A stretch of 64,000 bases of DNA from Candidatus Dormiibacterota bacterium (GTDB lineage Bacteria > Chloroflexota > Dormibacteria > Aeolococcales > Bog-877): contig DAHUZL010000135.1 of assembly GCA_027306655.1 (NCBI GenBank), positions 6,677 through 70,676 on the forward strand. Direction: 5' to 3'. Below, piece after piece: positions 52,941-63,425 of the stretch. Position numbers and translations under genes: made by a program. The number at the start of each line of letters is the position of its first letter. The stretch's first letter is position 1. Under the pieces are notes generated by a model. That model did no database searches. It had not been told where the DNA came from and saw nothing but the letters and a program-made list of their open reading frames with translations.

Positions 52941-54344
52941 CTAGACCCCCGGCGTGGGCGGCAGCCAGATCGTCTGGACGTTCATCAGCTCGTGGATCCC
53001 GAACTGGGAGAGCTCCCGGCCGTAGCCGCTCCGCTTCACTCCCCCGAAGGGGATGCGGGGATCGGAGTGGGTCATCCCGTTGACGAAGACGCCGCCGGTC
53101 TCGAGCCGGCGCGCCACCCGCGCCCCCCGCTCCAGGTCCCGGGTCCAGACGTTGCCGCCGAGGCCGTAGGGGGAGGCGTTGGCGAGCCGGATCGCCTCGT
53201 CCTCGTCGCGCACCCGGGTGACCGCCGCGACCGGGCCGAAGGTCTCCTCGCGGAAGACTGCCATCGCCTCGGTGACGTCCCCGAGCACCGTCGGCTGGTA
53301 GAAGAACCCCGCCCCCTCGAGCGGTCCCCCGCCGCAGCGCACGGTCGCGCCCCGGGCCACCGATTCCCGCACCTGGCGGTCGAGCCCGTCGCGCAGGTCG
53401 GAGCGTGCCAGGGGGCCGATCTCGGTCGAGGCCAGGGTGGGATCGCCCACCCGCAGCGCCAGGACCGCGTCGCGGAACCGCGGCTCGAAGCGGTCGGCGA
53501 CCGAGTCGACGACCAGGAAGCGCTTGGCCGCGATGCAGGTCTGGCCGGTGTTCTGGAAGCGCGCCCGCACCCCGGTCGCCACCGCCTGGTCGAGGTCGGC
53601 GTCCTCCAGGACGATGAAGACGTCGGAGCCGCCCAGCTCCAGCACGGTCTTCTTGAGGTGGCGCCCGGCCAGCGCCGCGACCTGGGCCCCAGCCCGGTCG
53701 CTCCCGGTCAGCGTCACCGCGCGGACGCGGGGGTCGGCGATCACCGACTCGGTCTGCGGCTCGGTGATCAGCAGGGTGGTGAAGACCCCCGGGGGTACCC
53801 CCGCCCGCTCCATGACCGCCTCGATCTCCAGGGCGCAGCGGGTGACCGACGGGGCGTGCTTGAGCAGGATCGCATTGCCCCCGAGCAGGGCCGGGCCGGC
53901 CGCGCGCACCACCTGCCAGAAGGGGTAGTTCCAGGGCATGATCGCCAGCACCACCCCGAGCGGGGCGAAGGCGACGAAGCTGCGGTCGGAGTCGCTCGCC
54001 AGGGCGACGTCGGCGAGCCAGCCGGGTCCCTGCTCGGCGAAGGTGACGCAGGCGGCGGCGCACTTCTCGATCTCGGCCCGGGCCTCGGCCAGGGGCTTGC
54101 CCATCTCCCGCGTGATCACCAGGGCGAGCCGCTCCGCCTCCAGCCGGAGCTCGGCGGCGACGCCCCGGAGCCGGTCGGCGCGGGCCGGGAGGGGCTCCCG
54201 CGCCCAGTCGCGCTGGGCACGGTCGGCGGCGGCGATCGCCGCCGCCACCTGCCCCGCGTCCAGCGGCGTGAACGCCTCGAGCGGCTCCCCGGTGGCGGGG
54301 TTGACCGACGCCAGCGGTCGGGCGATGGGAGGGACGCTGATCAT
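52941..54344 (-). CDS. NAD(P)-dependent succinate-semialdehyde dehydrogenase-like aldehyde dehydrogenase
   Basis: 'VLELGGSD', 'FQNTGQTCIAAKRFLV', 'EETFGPVAAV'. The start was chosen at 'MISVPP'. The upstream G/P/R-rich ORF extension is rejected. Confidence 0.85.
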   Translation of the reverse strand: MISVPPIARPLASVNPATGEPLEAFTPLDAGQVAAAIAAADRAQRDWAREPLPARADRLRGVAAELRLEAERLALVITREMGKPLAEARAEIEKCAAACVTFAEQGPGWLADVALASDSDRSFVAFAPLGVVLAIMPWNYPFWQVVRAAGPALLGGNAILLKHAPSVTRCALEIEAVMERAGVPPGVFTTLLITEPQTESVIADPRVRAVTLTGSDRAGAQVAALAGRHLKKTVLELGGSDVFIVLEDADLDQAVATGVRARFQNTGQTCIAAKRFLVVDSVADRFEPRFRDAVLALRVGDPTLASTEIGPLARSDLRDGLDRQVRESVARGATVRCGGGPLEGAGFFYQPTVLGDVTEAMAVFREETFGPVAAVTRVRDEDEAIRLANASPYGLGGNVWTRDLERGARVARRLETGGVFVNGMTHSDPRIPFGGVKRSGYGRELSQFGIHELMNVQTIWLPPTPGV

Positions 54345-55468
54345 GGGAAGGGCTCCGTGGGGGCGGTGGCGGCGGACCGCGGGGCGGTCGCCGCGGCGGG
54401 GGTCCGGTCGGGCGAGGGGGGGATGCCCGGCCGGTAGCGCAGGACCCCGTCCTGCTCGACCTGGACCGCCTCCCCCCGGTCGACCAGGACGTCGAGGTGG
54501 GCCGCCGTCTCGCCGACGGCGAGCATCTGGTTGAACCCGTCGAGGTCCTGGAGCCGGTGCTCGCGCCGGGTCCAGCGCAGCCGGCCCGCCACCAGGGCCG
54601 CGTCCACGGCCGTCCCGGGAGCCGCCGCCGCCTGCTCCAGCGCCGCCCGGCACTGCCGGAGGCGGCGCTCGTGGTGCTCCAGCAGCTCCAGGACCCGTCC
54701 CCGCAGGTCGCCGAAGACCGGCCCGTGGGCCGGCAGGACCGCGGCCGCGGGCAGGTCCTGGACCCGCCCCAGCGAGCGGAGGAAGTCGGCCAGGGGACGG
54801 CGGGCCGGGACGGGCTCCAACCCGATCGACGGGGTGATGTGGGGGAGAACGTGGTCGCCCGCGTACAGCAGCCGGCGGCCCTCGTCCCACAGGCAGACGT
54901 GACCCTGCGTGTGCCCGGGCGTGGGCACCACGGCCAACGGCCGTCCGCCGGCGACCACGGCCGACCCCTCCGCCAGGTAGACGTCGGGCAGCTCGTATCG
55001 GGCGCGGTCGGGCGGCTCGGTCCCACCGGCCAGGCCGGCCTCGAGCCGCGCCGCCAGCTCCGCGGCCCCCAGCCGGCGCAGCCGCCGCGCCACCCGTCCG
55101 CGGCCGTGGTCCTCGTCGCGGCGGATTTGCTCCAGCGAGGGGCGCTCCCCGGCGCCCAGCAGGATCGCCGCGCCGGCGTCGTCGCGCAGGCGGGCGGCCT
55201 GGCCGATGTGGTCGTTGTGGAGGTGGGTCGCGGCCACCACCCGGACCGCGCCGATGCCGGCGCCGAGGCGTCGGAGGCCACAGTCGAGGGCGGCCCAGCT
55301 GGCGGGGGTGTCCCAGCCGGCGTCGACCAGCGCCACCCCCGATCGGTCCCGGATCGCGTAGACGTTGACCGCCCGCAGGGCGTCGCCCGGCAGCGGGAGG
55401 GGAATCCGGAAGACGTCGTCGGCCACCTGCTCGGGGCCGGGCTCGGCCCAGGCGTGGCGGTCGGTCAT
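54341..55468 (-). CDS. MBL-fold metallo-hydrolase
   Basis: 'VAATHLHNDHIG' (HxHxDH) and 'TPGHTQGHV'. It overlaps its neighbour by 4 nt. Confidence 0.7.
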   Translation of the reverse strand: MTDRHAWAEPGPEQVADDVFRIPLPLPGDALRAVNVYAIRDRSGVALVDAGWDTPASWAALDCGLRRLGAGIGAVRVVAATHLHNDHIGQAARLRDDAGAAILLGAGERPSLEQIRRDEDHGRGRVARRLRRLGAAELAARLEAGLAGGTEPPDRARYELPDVYLAEGSAVVAGGRPLAVVPTPGHTQGHVCLWDEGRRLLYAGDHVLPHITPSIGLEPVPARRPLADFLRSLGRVQDLPAAAVLPAHGPVFGDLRGRVLELLEHHERRLRQCRAALEQAAAAPGTAVDAALVAGRLRWTRREHRLQDLDGFNQMLAVGETAAHLDVLVDRGEAVQVEQDGVLRYRPGIPPSPDRTPAAATAPRSAATAPTEPFP

Positions 55469-55481
55469 GGAGGCCACCGCC

Positions 55482-56357
55482 TCATTCTGGGCTCGCCGGG
55501 GGGGCCGCGGCCGCCGCCGCCTCGGCCAATAGCCGCACCACCTGGCGGACGTCCACCGGGCGGAGCGCCGCCACCTGCAGCCGGCAGCTCACCTCGGGGT
55601 CGCCGCTGAGGCTCACCCGCTGCGGTCGGAGCGCGACCGATGCGGGCGGCTGCAGGCCGAGGCCCAGGGCCAGCCGGCTCTCGATGTCGGCGAGCGGAGC
55701 GTCGGCGCGCAGGGCGACGTCGAGGTCGACCTGGACCGGGATCGGACCGGTGGTGAGCGCTGCCATCAGGATCGCGCTGTTGGGGATGTGCACCGCCCGG
55801 CCGCCCACGCTCATCACGGTGTGGAAGCTGCCGATGTGGACGATGGTGCCGCTGAAGTCGGAGCCGCTGAAGCCGCCGAAGAGGTAGGTGCGGAGGTGGA
55901 CCCAGGCCCCGACCGAGAACGGCCGGGCCACCAGGAGCACGGCACCGGCGAAGAGGTTGCCGAGCGAGGTCTGGGCGCCCACGCCCAGCACCACCCCGAT
56001 CACCGCGCTCCCGACCAGGAGGCCGGAGAGGTCGAGGCGGAGCTGGGCCACGATGACGAGCCCGAGCAGGACGTAGGCACACCAGGTCGCGGCGGTGCGC
56101 CAGGTGGCGGCTGGGGTGCCGGCCGTGCGCCCGAACGCGGCCGCCACCAGGGCCCGGGTCGCCAGCACCGCCAGGACCGTCGCCACCACGAGGAAGCCGC
56201 CCGTGACGAGGTCGCGCCCGGCCGGGGAGAGACCGCGGACCGCTCCGCTGGCGAGGAGGTCCCGGCCCGCCACCAGGACCAGCACCAGGACCGCGAGCAG
56301 GCCCAGCCCAGCGGCGAGCAGCCGGCGCGGCGGGCGCCGGCTCGGGTTGAGCGCCAT
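55482..56357 (-). CDS. Mechanosensitive ion channel (MscS family)
   Basis: 'VGAQTSLGNLFAGAVLLVARPFSVGAWV' pore-helix signature. The start is at 'MALNPSRRPP'. Confidence 0.75.
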   Translation of the reverse strand: MALNPSRRPPRRLLAAGLGLLAVLVLVLVAGRDLLASGAVRGLSPAGRDLVTGGFLVVATVLAVLATRALVAAAFGRTAGTPAATWRTAATWCAYVLLGLVIVAQLRLDLSGLLVGSAVIGVVLGVGAQTSLGNLFAGAVLLVARPFSVGAWVHLRTYLFGGFSGSDFSGTIVHIGSFHTVMSVGGRAVHIPNSAILMAALTTGPIPVQVDLDVALRADAPLADIESRLALGLGLQPPASVALRPQRVSLSGDPEVSCRLQVAALRPVDVRQVVRLLAEAAAAAAPPASPE

Positions 56358-56403
56358 CAGAGGGGGACCGTAGCAGCCCGGGCGGGTGGCCGCCGGGGCC
56401 GGG

Positions 56404-57330
56404 TCACCCCACCCGGAGGACGGCCTTGCCCGCCACCCGGCGCTCGCGGAGCGCCCGGAGCGCGCCCTCCGCCTCCCGCCAGTCGAGGACGAGGTCCACC
56501 TGCGGGGCGAGGCGGCCGTCGGCGACCAGCTGGGCGAGGTGGCCGAGGTCGGCGGCGGGGGGCTCGCGCCCCGCGTCCTGGAGCAGGAAGTAGCCGCGCA
56601 GGCTGACCCCCCACCGGGTGTAGAAGTCGTTGACAAGGAAGGTGGTCGGCTCCCGGGACGAGTTGCCATAGGTCACGACCGTGCCGCCCTGCCCGACCAG
56701 GCGGAGGGCGGCGGCCAGGGAGGCGCCGCCGGCTGCCTCCAGGATGAGGTCGAAGGAGCCCGCGGCGGCCTCGATCCCGACCACCACGCGGTCGGCCCCC
56801 AGCTCGGCCAGGCCTGCCCCGCGCTCGGGACCGCCCACGACCGCGGTGACCTCGGCCCCGGCGCGGTGCGCCAGCTGGATCGCGAAGCGGCCCACCCCGC
56901 CGGCGGCGCCGGTGACCAGCACCCGGCGATCGAGGAGGAGCCCGCCCATCCGGAGCGTGCGCAGGGCGGTGAGCCCCGCCACCGGGAGGGCGGCCGCGTC
57001 GGTGGCGGCGACGGCGTCGGGGAGAGGCGCAAGGTTGGCCGCCGGCACCGCGGCGCGCTCCGCCCAGCCGGCGCCGTCGGGCAGGATCCCCACGACCCGG
57101 GTGCCGACCCCGGGCCCGTTCCCGTCGGTGGCCGGGACCAGGACCCGGCCGGCGAGGTCCCAGCCGGGGCGCCACCCGGGCTCGGCGCTCTGGAGCCGGT
57201 TGACCTCGCCGCGGTTGAGCGAGACCGCCTCCACCGCGACCACCGTCAGGGCCGGCCCGGGCGCGGGCTCGGGCCGCTCGCGCAGGGCGATCCGCTCGGG
57301 GGCGGTCGGGTCCGCGACCAGGGCCAGCAT
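56404..57330 (-). CDS. MDR-family zinc-type alcohol dehydrogenase/quinone oxidoreductase
   Basis: 'VLVTGAAGGVGRFAIQLAHRAGAEV' Rossmann fold. Confidence 0.75.
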   Translation of the reverse strand: MLALVADPTAPERIALRERPEPAPGPALTVVAVEAVSLNRGEVNRLQSAEPGWRPGWDLAGRVLVPATDGNGPGVGTRVVGILPDGAGWAERAAVPAANLAPLPDAVAATDAAALPVAGLTALRTLRMGGLLLDRRVLVTGAAGGVGRFAIQLAHRAGAEVTAVVGGPERGAGLAELGADRVVVGIEAAAGSFDLILEAAGGASLAAALRLVGQGGTVVTYGNSSREPTTFLVNDFYTRWGVSLRGYFLLQDAGREPPAADLGHLAQLVADGRLAPQVDLVLDWREAEGALRALRERRVAGKAVLRVG

Positions 57331-57399
57331 CCTGGGCCGCAGTCTAAGGACCCGCCGCGGGGCGGGCGGCCCCGGCCGCGCCCGGGGCCGGGCTCGGTC

Positions 57400-58266
57400 T
57401 CAGCCCGCGTCCCACGCGCGCTTGACCCGGCGCACCCGCTCCAGGTGCTCCTCGGGCGCGCCGACCCCGGCGTCCATCGTGTTGAGGCTGCACTGGGTCG
57501 CCCCCAGCTCCGCCCACGCCCGCAGCTCCCGGAGGGCGGGCGCGGGATCGTCAGGGACCGTGACCCGTCCGGCGATGCCGAAGCCGGCGGGGTCGCGACC
57601 GGCCTGCGCCAGCGCCGCGCGGAGGGTGGCCAGCGCCCCGTCCAGCTCCGGTCCCAGGGGGACGTTCGCGAGCCACCCGTCGGCGAGCTCGGCGGCCCGC
57701 CGCAGGGCCGGGGTCGCCCGTCCTCCGAACCAGATCGGGATCGTCCGCCGCGGCGGGAGCGGGTTGAGGCCCGCCGCCCGGATGTCGTGGGAGCGGCCGG
57801 TCACGGTCACGACCGGGTCCGCCCACAGCCGGCGCAGCACCGTCACCTGCTCCCGGAGCCGCCGGCCCCGGTCCGCGAACTCCATCCCCAGCGCCCGGTA
57901 CTCCACGTCGTTCCAGCCCAGCCCGACCCCGAGGCGGAGGCGCCCCCCCGAGAGGACGTCCACCTCGGCCGCCTGCTTGGCCACCAGCGCGGTCTGGCGC
58001 TGGGGCAGGACCAGGACCTCGGTGCCCAGCTGGATCCGGGTCGTCACCGCGGCGAGGAACCCGAGCAGGACGAACACCTCGTGGAAGGCGTCGCGGTCGG
58101 TGTACCGGCCCGCCCACCCGCCGGGGCGGTCCGCCGACGCGCCCAGGACATGGTCGTAGGCGCCCAGGGTCGCGAACCCGGCCGCCTCCGCGCCCTCGGC
58201 ATAGGCGCGGATGACCGCGGGGTCGTTGCCGATCTCGCGCTGCGGAAAGATCACCCCGAGCTCCAT
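57400..58266 (-). CDS. LLM-class (luciferase-like) F420/flavin-dependent oxidoreductase
   Basis: 'GFATLGAYDHV ... LSGGRLRLGVGLGW'. Confidence 0.7.
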   Translation of the reverse strand: MELGVIFPQREIGNDPAVIRAYAEGAEAAGFATLGAYDHVLGASADRPGGWAGRYTDRDAFHEVFVLLGFLAAVTTRIQLGTEVLVLPQRQTALVAKQAAEVDVLSGGRLRLGVGLGWNDVEYRALGMEFADRGRRLREQVTVLRRLWADPVVTVTGRSHDIRAAGLNPLPPRRTIPIWFGGRATPALRRAAELADGWLANVPLGPELDGALATLRAALAQAGRDPAGFGIAGRVTVPDDPAPALRELRAWAELGATQCSLNTMDAGVGAPEEHLERVRRVKRAWDAG

Positions 58267-58279
58267 CGCATTCCTCCGT

Positions 58280-59773
58280 TCAGCCCTCGACCGCGGCGGT
58301 CGGGTCCCGGCTCAGCGTCGCGCGACCGCGCAGGGCGGCGAGCGCGGCCGCGACCAGCGCGGTCCCGGCCAGGAACAGGGCGGCCGCGACGAACCCGGCG
58401 CGGGCCGGACCGGGATGGTCGGCGTTGGAGGTGCCGGCGCCGGCGGCGAGCCCGAACACCAGGCCGGTCAGGGCCACCCCCATGGTGGTCCCCAGCCCGC
58501 GGGTCATGTTGAGCAGGCCGCTGGCGACGCCCGACTCCGTCTTGGGGGCACAGCCCATGATGGCGGCGTTGTTGGGCGGCGTGAAGGCGCCCAGCCCGAC
58601 GCCGGTCAGGGCCAGCTCCAGGATGAGGCGCAGGCCAGTGCCGGGGGTGATCGCGATCAGGCCCAGGCCGACCGCGGTCAGCACCATCCCGCCCACCGTG
58701 AGCGGACGGGCGCCGACCCGCTCGGCCAGCCGGCCCGCGAACGGGGCCACCACCCCCAGCGCCAGCGGCATCGGGGTGAGCAGGAGCCCGGCCCCGCGCG
58801 AGTCGAGGTGGTGGGCGAACTCGAAGTAGATGGGGGCGACAAAGAGCACCCCGAAGAGGACCAGGTAGGAGAGCAGCCCGCTCGCGATCCCGGCCGTGAA
58901 CTGGGTGCGGGCGAAGAGGGCGAGGTTGACCATGGGGGCGGGGACGCGGCGCTCGCGGACCAGGAACGCGGCCCCCAGCAGGGCGGCCGCGACCAGCGCG
59001 CCCAGGATCCGGAGGTCGGTCCACCCCACCTGGTCCCCGAAGGAGAGCGCGTACATGAGCCCCGCCACCGCCGGGACGAACAGCGCCAGGCCGGCCCAGT
59101 CGAAGCGGACCCGGGCGGCGAGGTGGCGGGAGCGGGGGAGCAGGTACCAGCCGAGGAGGGTGCCGGCGATCCCGGCCGGGACGTTGACGTAGAAGATGAG
59201 CCGCCAGCCCCCGAGCGCGATCAGCGCGCCGCCGACGCTGGGGCCGAGGGCCAGCCCGAGCGCCTGGGCCGCGCCCTGGACGCCGATCCCGCGTCCGAGC
59301 TCGTGGTCGGGCATCGCCTGGACGATCAGGGCGACGCTGTTGGCCTGCAGCATCGCCGCCCCCACCGCCTGGAGCACCCGGAACCCGTCGAGGAGGCCGA
59401 GGGTGGGGGCGAGCCCGCAGAGGGCGGAGCCCGCGATGAAGATCAGGAAGCCGTAGATGTAGAGGAGCTTGCGTCCGACCATGTCGGCGAAGCGCCCGAT
59501 CGCGGTCACCATCGCCACCAGCACCAGCAGGTACGTGATCGACACCCACTCCACCGCCGGCAGGGTGCCGTGGAAGGCGCGCTCCAGGTTGGGCACTGCG
59601 ACCAGGACGATGCTCGCGTCGAGCTGGCCCATGAAGGCGCCGACGCAGACCGTCGCCACCACCAGCCAGTGGGCGTTGGGGCGGGCCGCGATCGAGGCCG
59701 GACGGCGCGGCTCGACCAGGAGACGGCGCCACCCGGTGGCGCTCAGCGGGTGATCCAGAGGCCCCCGACCCAC
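58280..59773 (-). CDS. MFS transporter, DHA2 (EmrB/QacA) type, 14 TM
   Basis: 'GAFMGQLDASIVLVAVP ... ADMVGRKLLYIYGFLIFIAGSALCGLAP'. Confidence 0.8.
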   Translation of the reverse strand: MGRGPLDHPLSATGWRRLLVEPRRPASIAARPNAHWLVVATVCVGAFMGQLDASIVLVAVPNLERAFHGTLPAVEWVSITYLLVLVAMVTAIGRFADMVGRKLLYIYGFLIFIAGSALCGLAPTLGLLDGFRVLQAVGAAMLQANSVALIVQAMPDHELGRGIGVQGAAQALGLALGPSVGGALIALGGWRLIFYVNVPAGIAGTLLGWYLLPRSRHLAARVRFDWAGLALFVPAVAGLMYALSFGDQVGWTDLRILGALVAAALLGAAFLVRERRVPAPMVNLALFARTQFTAGIASGLLSYLVLFGVLFVAPIYFEFAHHLDSRGAGLLLTPMPLALGVVAPFAGRLAERVGARPLTVGGMVLTAVGLGLIAITPGTGLRLILELALTGVGLGAFTPPNNAAIMGCAPKTESGVASGLLNMTRGLGTTMGVALTGLVFGLAAGAGTSNADHPGPARAGFVAAALFLAGTALVAAALAALRGRATLSRDPTAAVEG

Positions 59774-59874
59774 CCCCCGAATATAGGGGGGCGGCGGCCG
59801 GGGCCCCGAGACCGGCGCGGGGGGCCGCGGGCAGCGGGTGGGCCCCGCTGCCCGGGCTCGATCCCGGCGCCGAA

Positions 59875-61803
59875 TCAGCCCGACGGCGAGGGTGCCGGGC
59901 CCAGGGGAGCGGGCGGGCGCTCGCCCGGCCGCTCGACGGCCGCCACCGGCGCGTCCGAGACGACACCCGACCCGGTCGCCACGATGGCCGTGATCTCCTC
60001 GGTCTCGAAGCCACTGTGGACGGCCCAGCCATACACCAGGACCCCCACCAGGATCACCACCAGGAGGTCAGCCGGGAAGGGGATGCCGGCCGCCTTCAGC
60101 GGTCCGAAGGCCCCGTAGTAGGAGATCCCCATGATCGCCAGCAGGAAGATCACCAGCCACCAGGTGCTGCCGACCGCCCGGCGTCCCTGCTCGTTGCAGA
60201 GGAACCAGAGGCTGGCGGTGAAGCCGACCACCTCCAGGATGGTGACGAAGTACAGGATGGGGAAGCTGGGGTGGGCGGCGAGGGGCAGGCCGGTGGTCAG
60301 CACCCACAGCCCCCAGCGCTGGGTGATGATCCAGAGCACCAGGAAGACCAGGCCCAGCACACCTCCGGCGCCGGGATTGATCCAGCCCCGCGTCGGCGCG
60401 TAGAACCAGACGAAGAGCGGCAGGGCGACGAAGACCGCACCCAGCACGGTCATGATGGTGGGGAATCCGGACCAGTAGACGATCAGGATCGCGGCCAGGA
60501 ACCCGACCGGGGAGAGGACCTCCGACCACGGCATCCGGTAGGGACGGTGGAGCGAGCCGGCCGTGCGGCGCAGGACCGGGAGCCCGATCCCGCCCATGAT
60601 GTAGGTGAGGACGGTGGCCGAGGTGATGATCCCCACCAGCGAGTACCAGCTCGGCAGCGGGAGGAAGAAGAGGCAGGCCACCACCGAGGAGGCGATCAGG
60701 GCCAGCCAGGGGATCCGGAACCGCTCGGTGAGGCCCTGGAAGGCCTTCGGCAGGTAGCCCACCACCGAGAGGCCGTAGACCGTCCGGGTCGAGGTGCCGA
60801 GGTAGATGTACCCGGTGCCGGTCGGGGAGATGAAGGCGTCGATGAGGAGGATGGTGGCGAAGGCCCCCAGCAGGCCCACGCCGGCCGACTTCATCGCCAC
60901 GTAGAAGGGCGCGTTGTTGACCGCCCCGGTGGTGGCGAGCGATGACCAGGCCCCGGTGTGGACGTGGAAGCCGGGCCAGACGATGGATCCGGTGAAGGCC
61001 AGCTGGAGCAGGACGTAGAGGACGATCCCGGCCACCACCGAGGCGATGGTGGCGATGGGGATGTCCCGCTGGGGGTTGCGCGCCTCGCCGCCGAAGTCCA
61101 GCGCCTGGCGGAATCCGAGGTAGGAGAAGACGATCCCGCTGGTGGCAACGGCGCTGAGGATCGGGGCCCCCCCATAGGGCGTCCAGCCGCCGCTGAGGCC
61201 GCCGAAGTTCTTGGAGTGAAAGGAGAAGAGGAACAGCAGGATGAAGGTCAGGGTGGGGATGACGAACTTCCAGCCGGTGACGAAGGAGTTGAACTGGCTG
61301 AGGAAGCGGATCCCGACGTAGTTGATGACGAAGAAGAGGATCATCAGCGCGATCCCCAGCAGGATGCCCGAGGGCCAGCTCAGCACCGCCGACGAGTTGA
61401 CGAGGCCGTGGATGTAGGTGTTGGCGTAGGTGACCACCGCCTCGGCCTCGATGGCGGGGACGCTCACCGCCGAGAGCAGGTAGGCCCAGCCCAGGATGAA
61501 TCCGGTGTAGCCGCCGTGGGTGAGGTGCGGATATCGGACGATGGCGCCGCTTCGGGGCATCATCCCCGAGATCTCGGCGTAGTTCAGGGCCACGAAGAGG
61601 ACCAGGATCCCGCCGATGATCCAGGACACGACCGCTGCCGGCCCGGCGGTGGCGTCGGCGGAGAGGACCGCGAACAGCCAGCCGGACCCGATGATGCCGC
61701 CCATCGACAGGAAGAAGAGCTGCCACACCGACATCCGCCGATCGAGCCTGCGGTCGGCGGCGGTCTGTTCCGACGCCGGGCCTGACGCCGTGGTCGCTGC
61801 CAT
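59875..61803 (-). CDS. APC-superfamily amino acid/polyamine permease
   Basis: 642 aa. 'LFFLSMGGIIGSGWLF' N-terminal signature and about 14 TM segments. The alternative-frame ORF 60068..61891 is rejected as a shadow. Confidence 0.8.
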   Translation of the reverse strand: MAATTASGPASEQTAADRRLDRRMSVWQLFFLSMGGIIGSGWLFAVLSADATAGPAAVVSWIIGGILVLFVALNYAEISGMMPRSGAIVRYPHLTHGGYTGFILGWAYLLSAVSVPAIEAEAVVTYANTYIHGLVNSSAVLSWPSGILLGIALMILFFVINYVGIRFLSQFNSFVTGWKFVIPTLTFILLFLFSFHSKNFGGLSGGWTPYGGAPILSAVATSGIVFSYLGFRQALDFGGEARNPQRDIPIATIASVVAGIVLYVLLQLAFTGSIVWPGFHVHTGAWSSLATTGAVNNAPFYVAMKSAGVGLLGAFATILLIDAFISPTGTGYIYLGTSTRTVYGLSVVGYLPKAFQGLTERFRIPWLALIASSVVACLFFLPLPSWYSLVGIITSATVLTYIMGGIGLPVLRRTAGSLHRPYRMPWSEVLSPVGFLAAILIVYWSGFPTIMTVLGAVFVALPLFVWFYAPTRGWINPGAGGVLGLVFLVLWIITQRWGLWVLTTGLPLAAHPSFPILYFVTILEVVGFTASLWFLCNEQGRRAVGSTWWLVIFLLAIMGISYYGAFGPLKAAGIPFPADLLVVILVGVLVYGWAVHSGFETEEITAIVATGSGVVSDAPVAAVERPGERPPAPLGPAPSPSG

Positions 61804-61994
61804 CGTGGTCCTCCCTAGGGGGCCTCGTGCTGCCGGGACCGGCCGCGGTCCCGAGCCACCGGGCGCCAGCACCGCACGCGCTCGGTGACATCCTCCAATT
61901 GGCGGGATATGGTGCGCTCGCGGGAGGGGCACGTCAACCGGGCGGCCGCCGGCCCGGTGGCGGGGAGGCCGCCCGGCTATCATGCCCACGGGTG

Positions 61995-62390
61995 ATGGAC
62001 GTCCTCGACGTGTCGGGCGGGGCTCCGGAGTTCGAGCAGGTGGCGGCCTCGCTCCGGGCGGACGCCCGCGACCTGGCGACCTTCCTGGAGGTGCTGGCGC
62101 AGAAGCTGGAGGGAGCGCTGCCGGGCGGCGTCCAGGTGGACCGGGCCGGCGGGTTCCGCAAGCCCAAGCGGGTCGCCCGGATCCGCTGCGACCTCGGCGA
62201 CGAGCGCTTCCAGCTGGCCCCGGCCGCCGCCGGCCTGGAGGCGGTGCGCACCCGGGTGGTGCGTGGGATCGCTCTCAAGAGCGAGGTGATGCCCCTGGAC
62301 GCCTGGATCGATGCCCTGAGCCAGGCCCTGGCCCAGAGCGCGGCCACCAACGCCGCCGCCAGCACCGCCCTCGGGCGGCTGGTGACCTAG
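61995..62390 (+). CDS. Hypothetical protein (131 aa)
   Basis: The ORF is codirectional with, and 2 nt upstream of, the YbjQ-type gene. It has no recognisable motif. Confidence 0.3.
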   Translation: MDVLDVSGGAPEFEQVAASLRADARDLATFLEVLAQKLEGALPGGVQVDRAGGFRKPKRVARIRCDLGDERFQLAPAAAGLEAVRTRVVRGIALKSEVMPLDAWIDALSQALAQSAATNAAASTALGRLVT

Positions 62391-62392
62391 GC

Positions 62393-63376
62393 ATGCCCTG
62401 GTTCCGCCCCCGCCCCGCGCCGGACCGGGCCGCCCAGGCGGAGGCGGCCGAGCGCGACCAGCGCAGCCAGGCGGAGCTGGCCGCGGGCCGGCTTCCGCTG
62501 CAGGCCCAGGAGCGGCTGCAGCGGCAGGCGCAGGGCGGCGAGGGGTGGACCAGCGACCTCTCCGTCGACGAGCTCGCCGCCCTCCACCAGGTCGGGTTCG
62601 ACCCCGTCGGCCAGGTGATGGGCAGCACGATCTACCGGATCAGCGCGCTCCGGGTCGGCCTCGGCGGGGGCGGGCTGGGCGGGTCGCTCGGCCTCGGCGG
62701 CCTGGCCTACACCACCGGGGCCACCGAGAACCCGGTGCTCTCCCACGCGCTCTACGAGTCGCGCCGGCTGGCGATCGGGCGTCTCCTGCAGGAGGCGGCG
62801 GGCCTCGGCGCGCACGGGGTGGTGGGGGTGCGCCTCACCATCCGCCCCTACGACTGGGGCGCCGGCCTCGCCGAGTTCAGCGCGCTCGGCACCGCGGTCC
62901 GGCGGAGCGGCGCGCCCCCGCTCCCCCAGCCGTTCACGTCCGACCTGTCGGGGCAGGAGTTCAGCAAGCTGGTCCGGGCCGGCTGGATGCCGGCGGGGCT
63001 GGTCCTGGGCGCCTGCGCGATGCAGGCGGTGGTGGTCTTCAACGCCATGGGGATGGGCTGGAGCAGTGTCTCCAGCTGGTGGAACCAGGAGGTCACCCCG
63101 TTCACCGCGGCCCTTCACCAGGCACTCCAGGTCGCCCGCCAGCGGATGCGCGCCGACGGCGCCCAGCTCGGCGCCGAGGGGATCGTCGGGGTCCACCTGC
63201 AGCGCGAGATCCACGAGTTCGCGACCGGCAACGAGAGCGTCCAGGGGCGCCTGGTGGAGTGGGTGGCGGCCGGAACCGCAGTGGTCGCCTACACGCCCGA
63301 GCACCGCGGCCAGTCGCCGCGGCTGGTGGTGCCGCTCCACGACCGAGCCGACCCGGCGGGGGTGCCGGCGCCGTGA
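62393..63376 (+). CDS. YbjQ/UPF0145 (heavy-metal-binding) family protein with two YbjQ-like domains
   Basis: 'TSDLSVDELAALHQVGFDPVGQVMGSTIYRI' and a second 'FTSDLSGQEFSKLVRAGWMPAGLVLGACAM'. Confidence 0.6.
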   Translation: MPWFRPRPAPDRAAQAEAAERDQRSQAELAAGRLPLQAQERLQRQAQGGEGWTSDLSVDELAALHQVGFDPVGQVMGSTIYRISALRVGLGGGGLGGSLGLGGLAYTTGATENPVLSHALYESRRLAIGRLLQEAAGLGAHGVVGVRLTIRPYDWGAGLAEFSALGTAVRRSGAPPLPQPFTSDLSGQEFSKLVRAGWMPAGLVLGACAMQAVVVFNAMGMGWSSVSSWWNQEVTPFTAALHQALQVARQRMRADGAQLGAEGIVGVHLQREIHEFATGNESVQGRLVEWVAAGTAVVAYTPEHRGQSPRLVVPLHDRADPAGVPAP

Positions 63377-63425
63377 CCGCCCGACGTGACCGGCGCGGAC
63401 CGCGCCGAGAGGAGGTAACCCGCGC

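Noticed and set aside
60068-61891. 607-aa minus-strand ORF in a second frame over the APC permease
   Set aside because: R/P/G/H-rich with no TM segments. The 59875-61803 frame has the APC signature.
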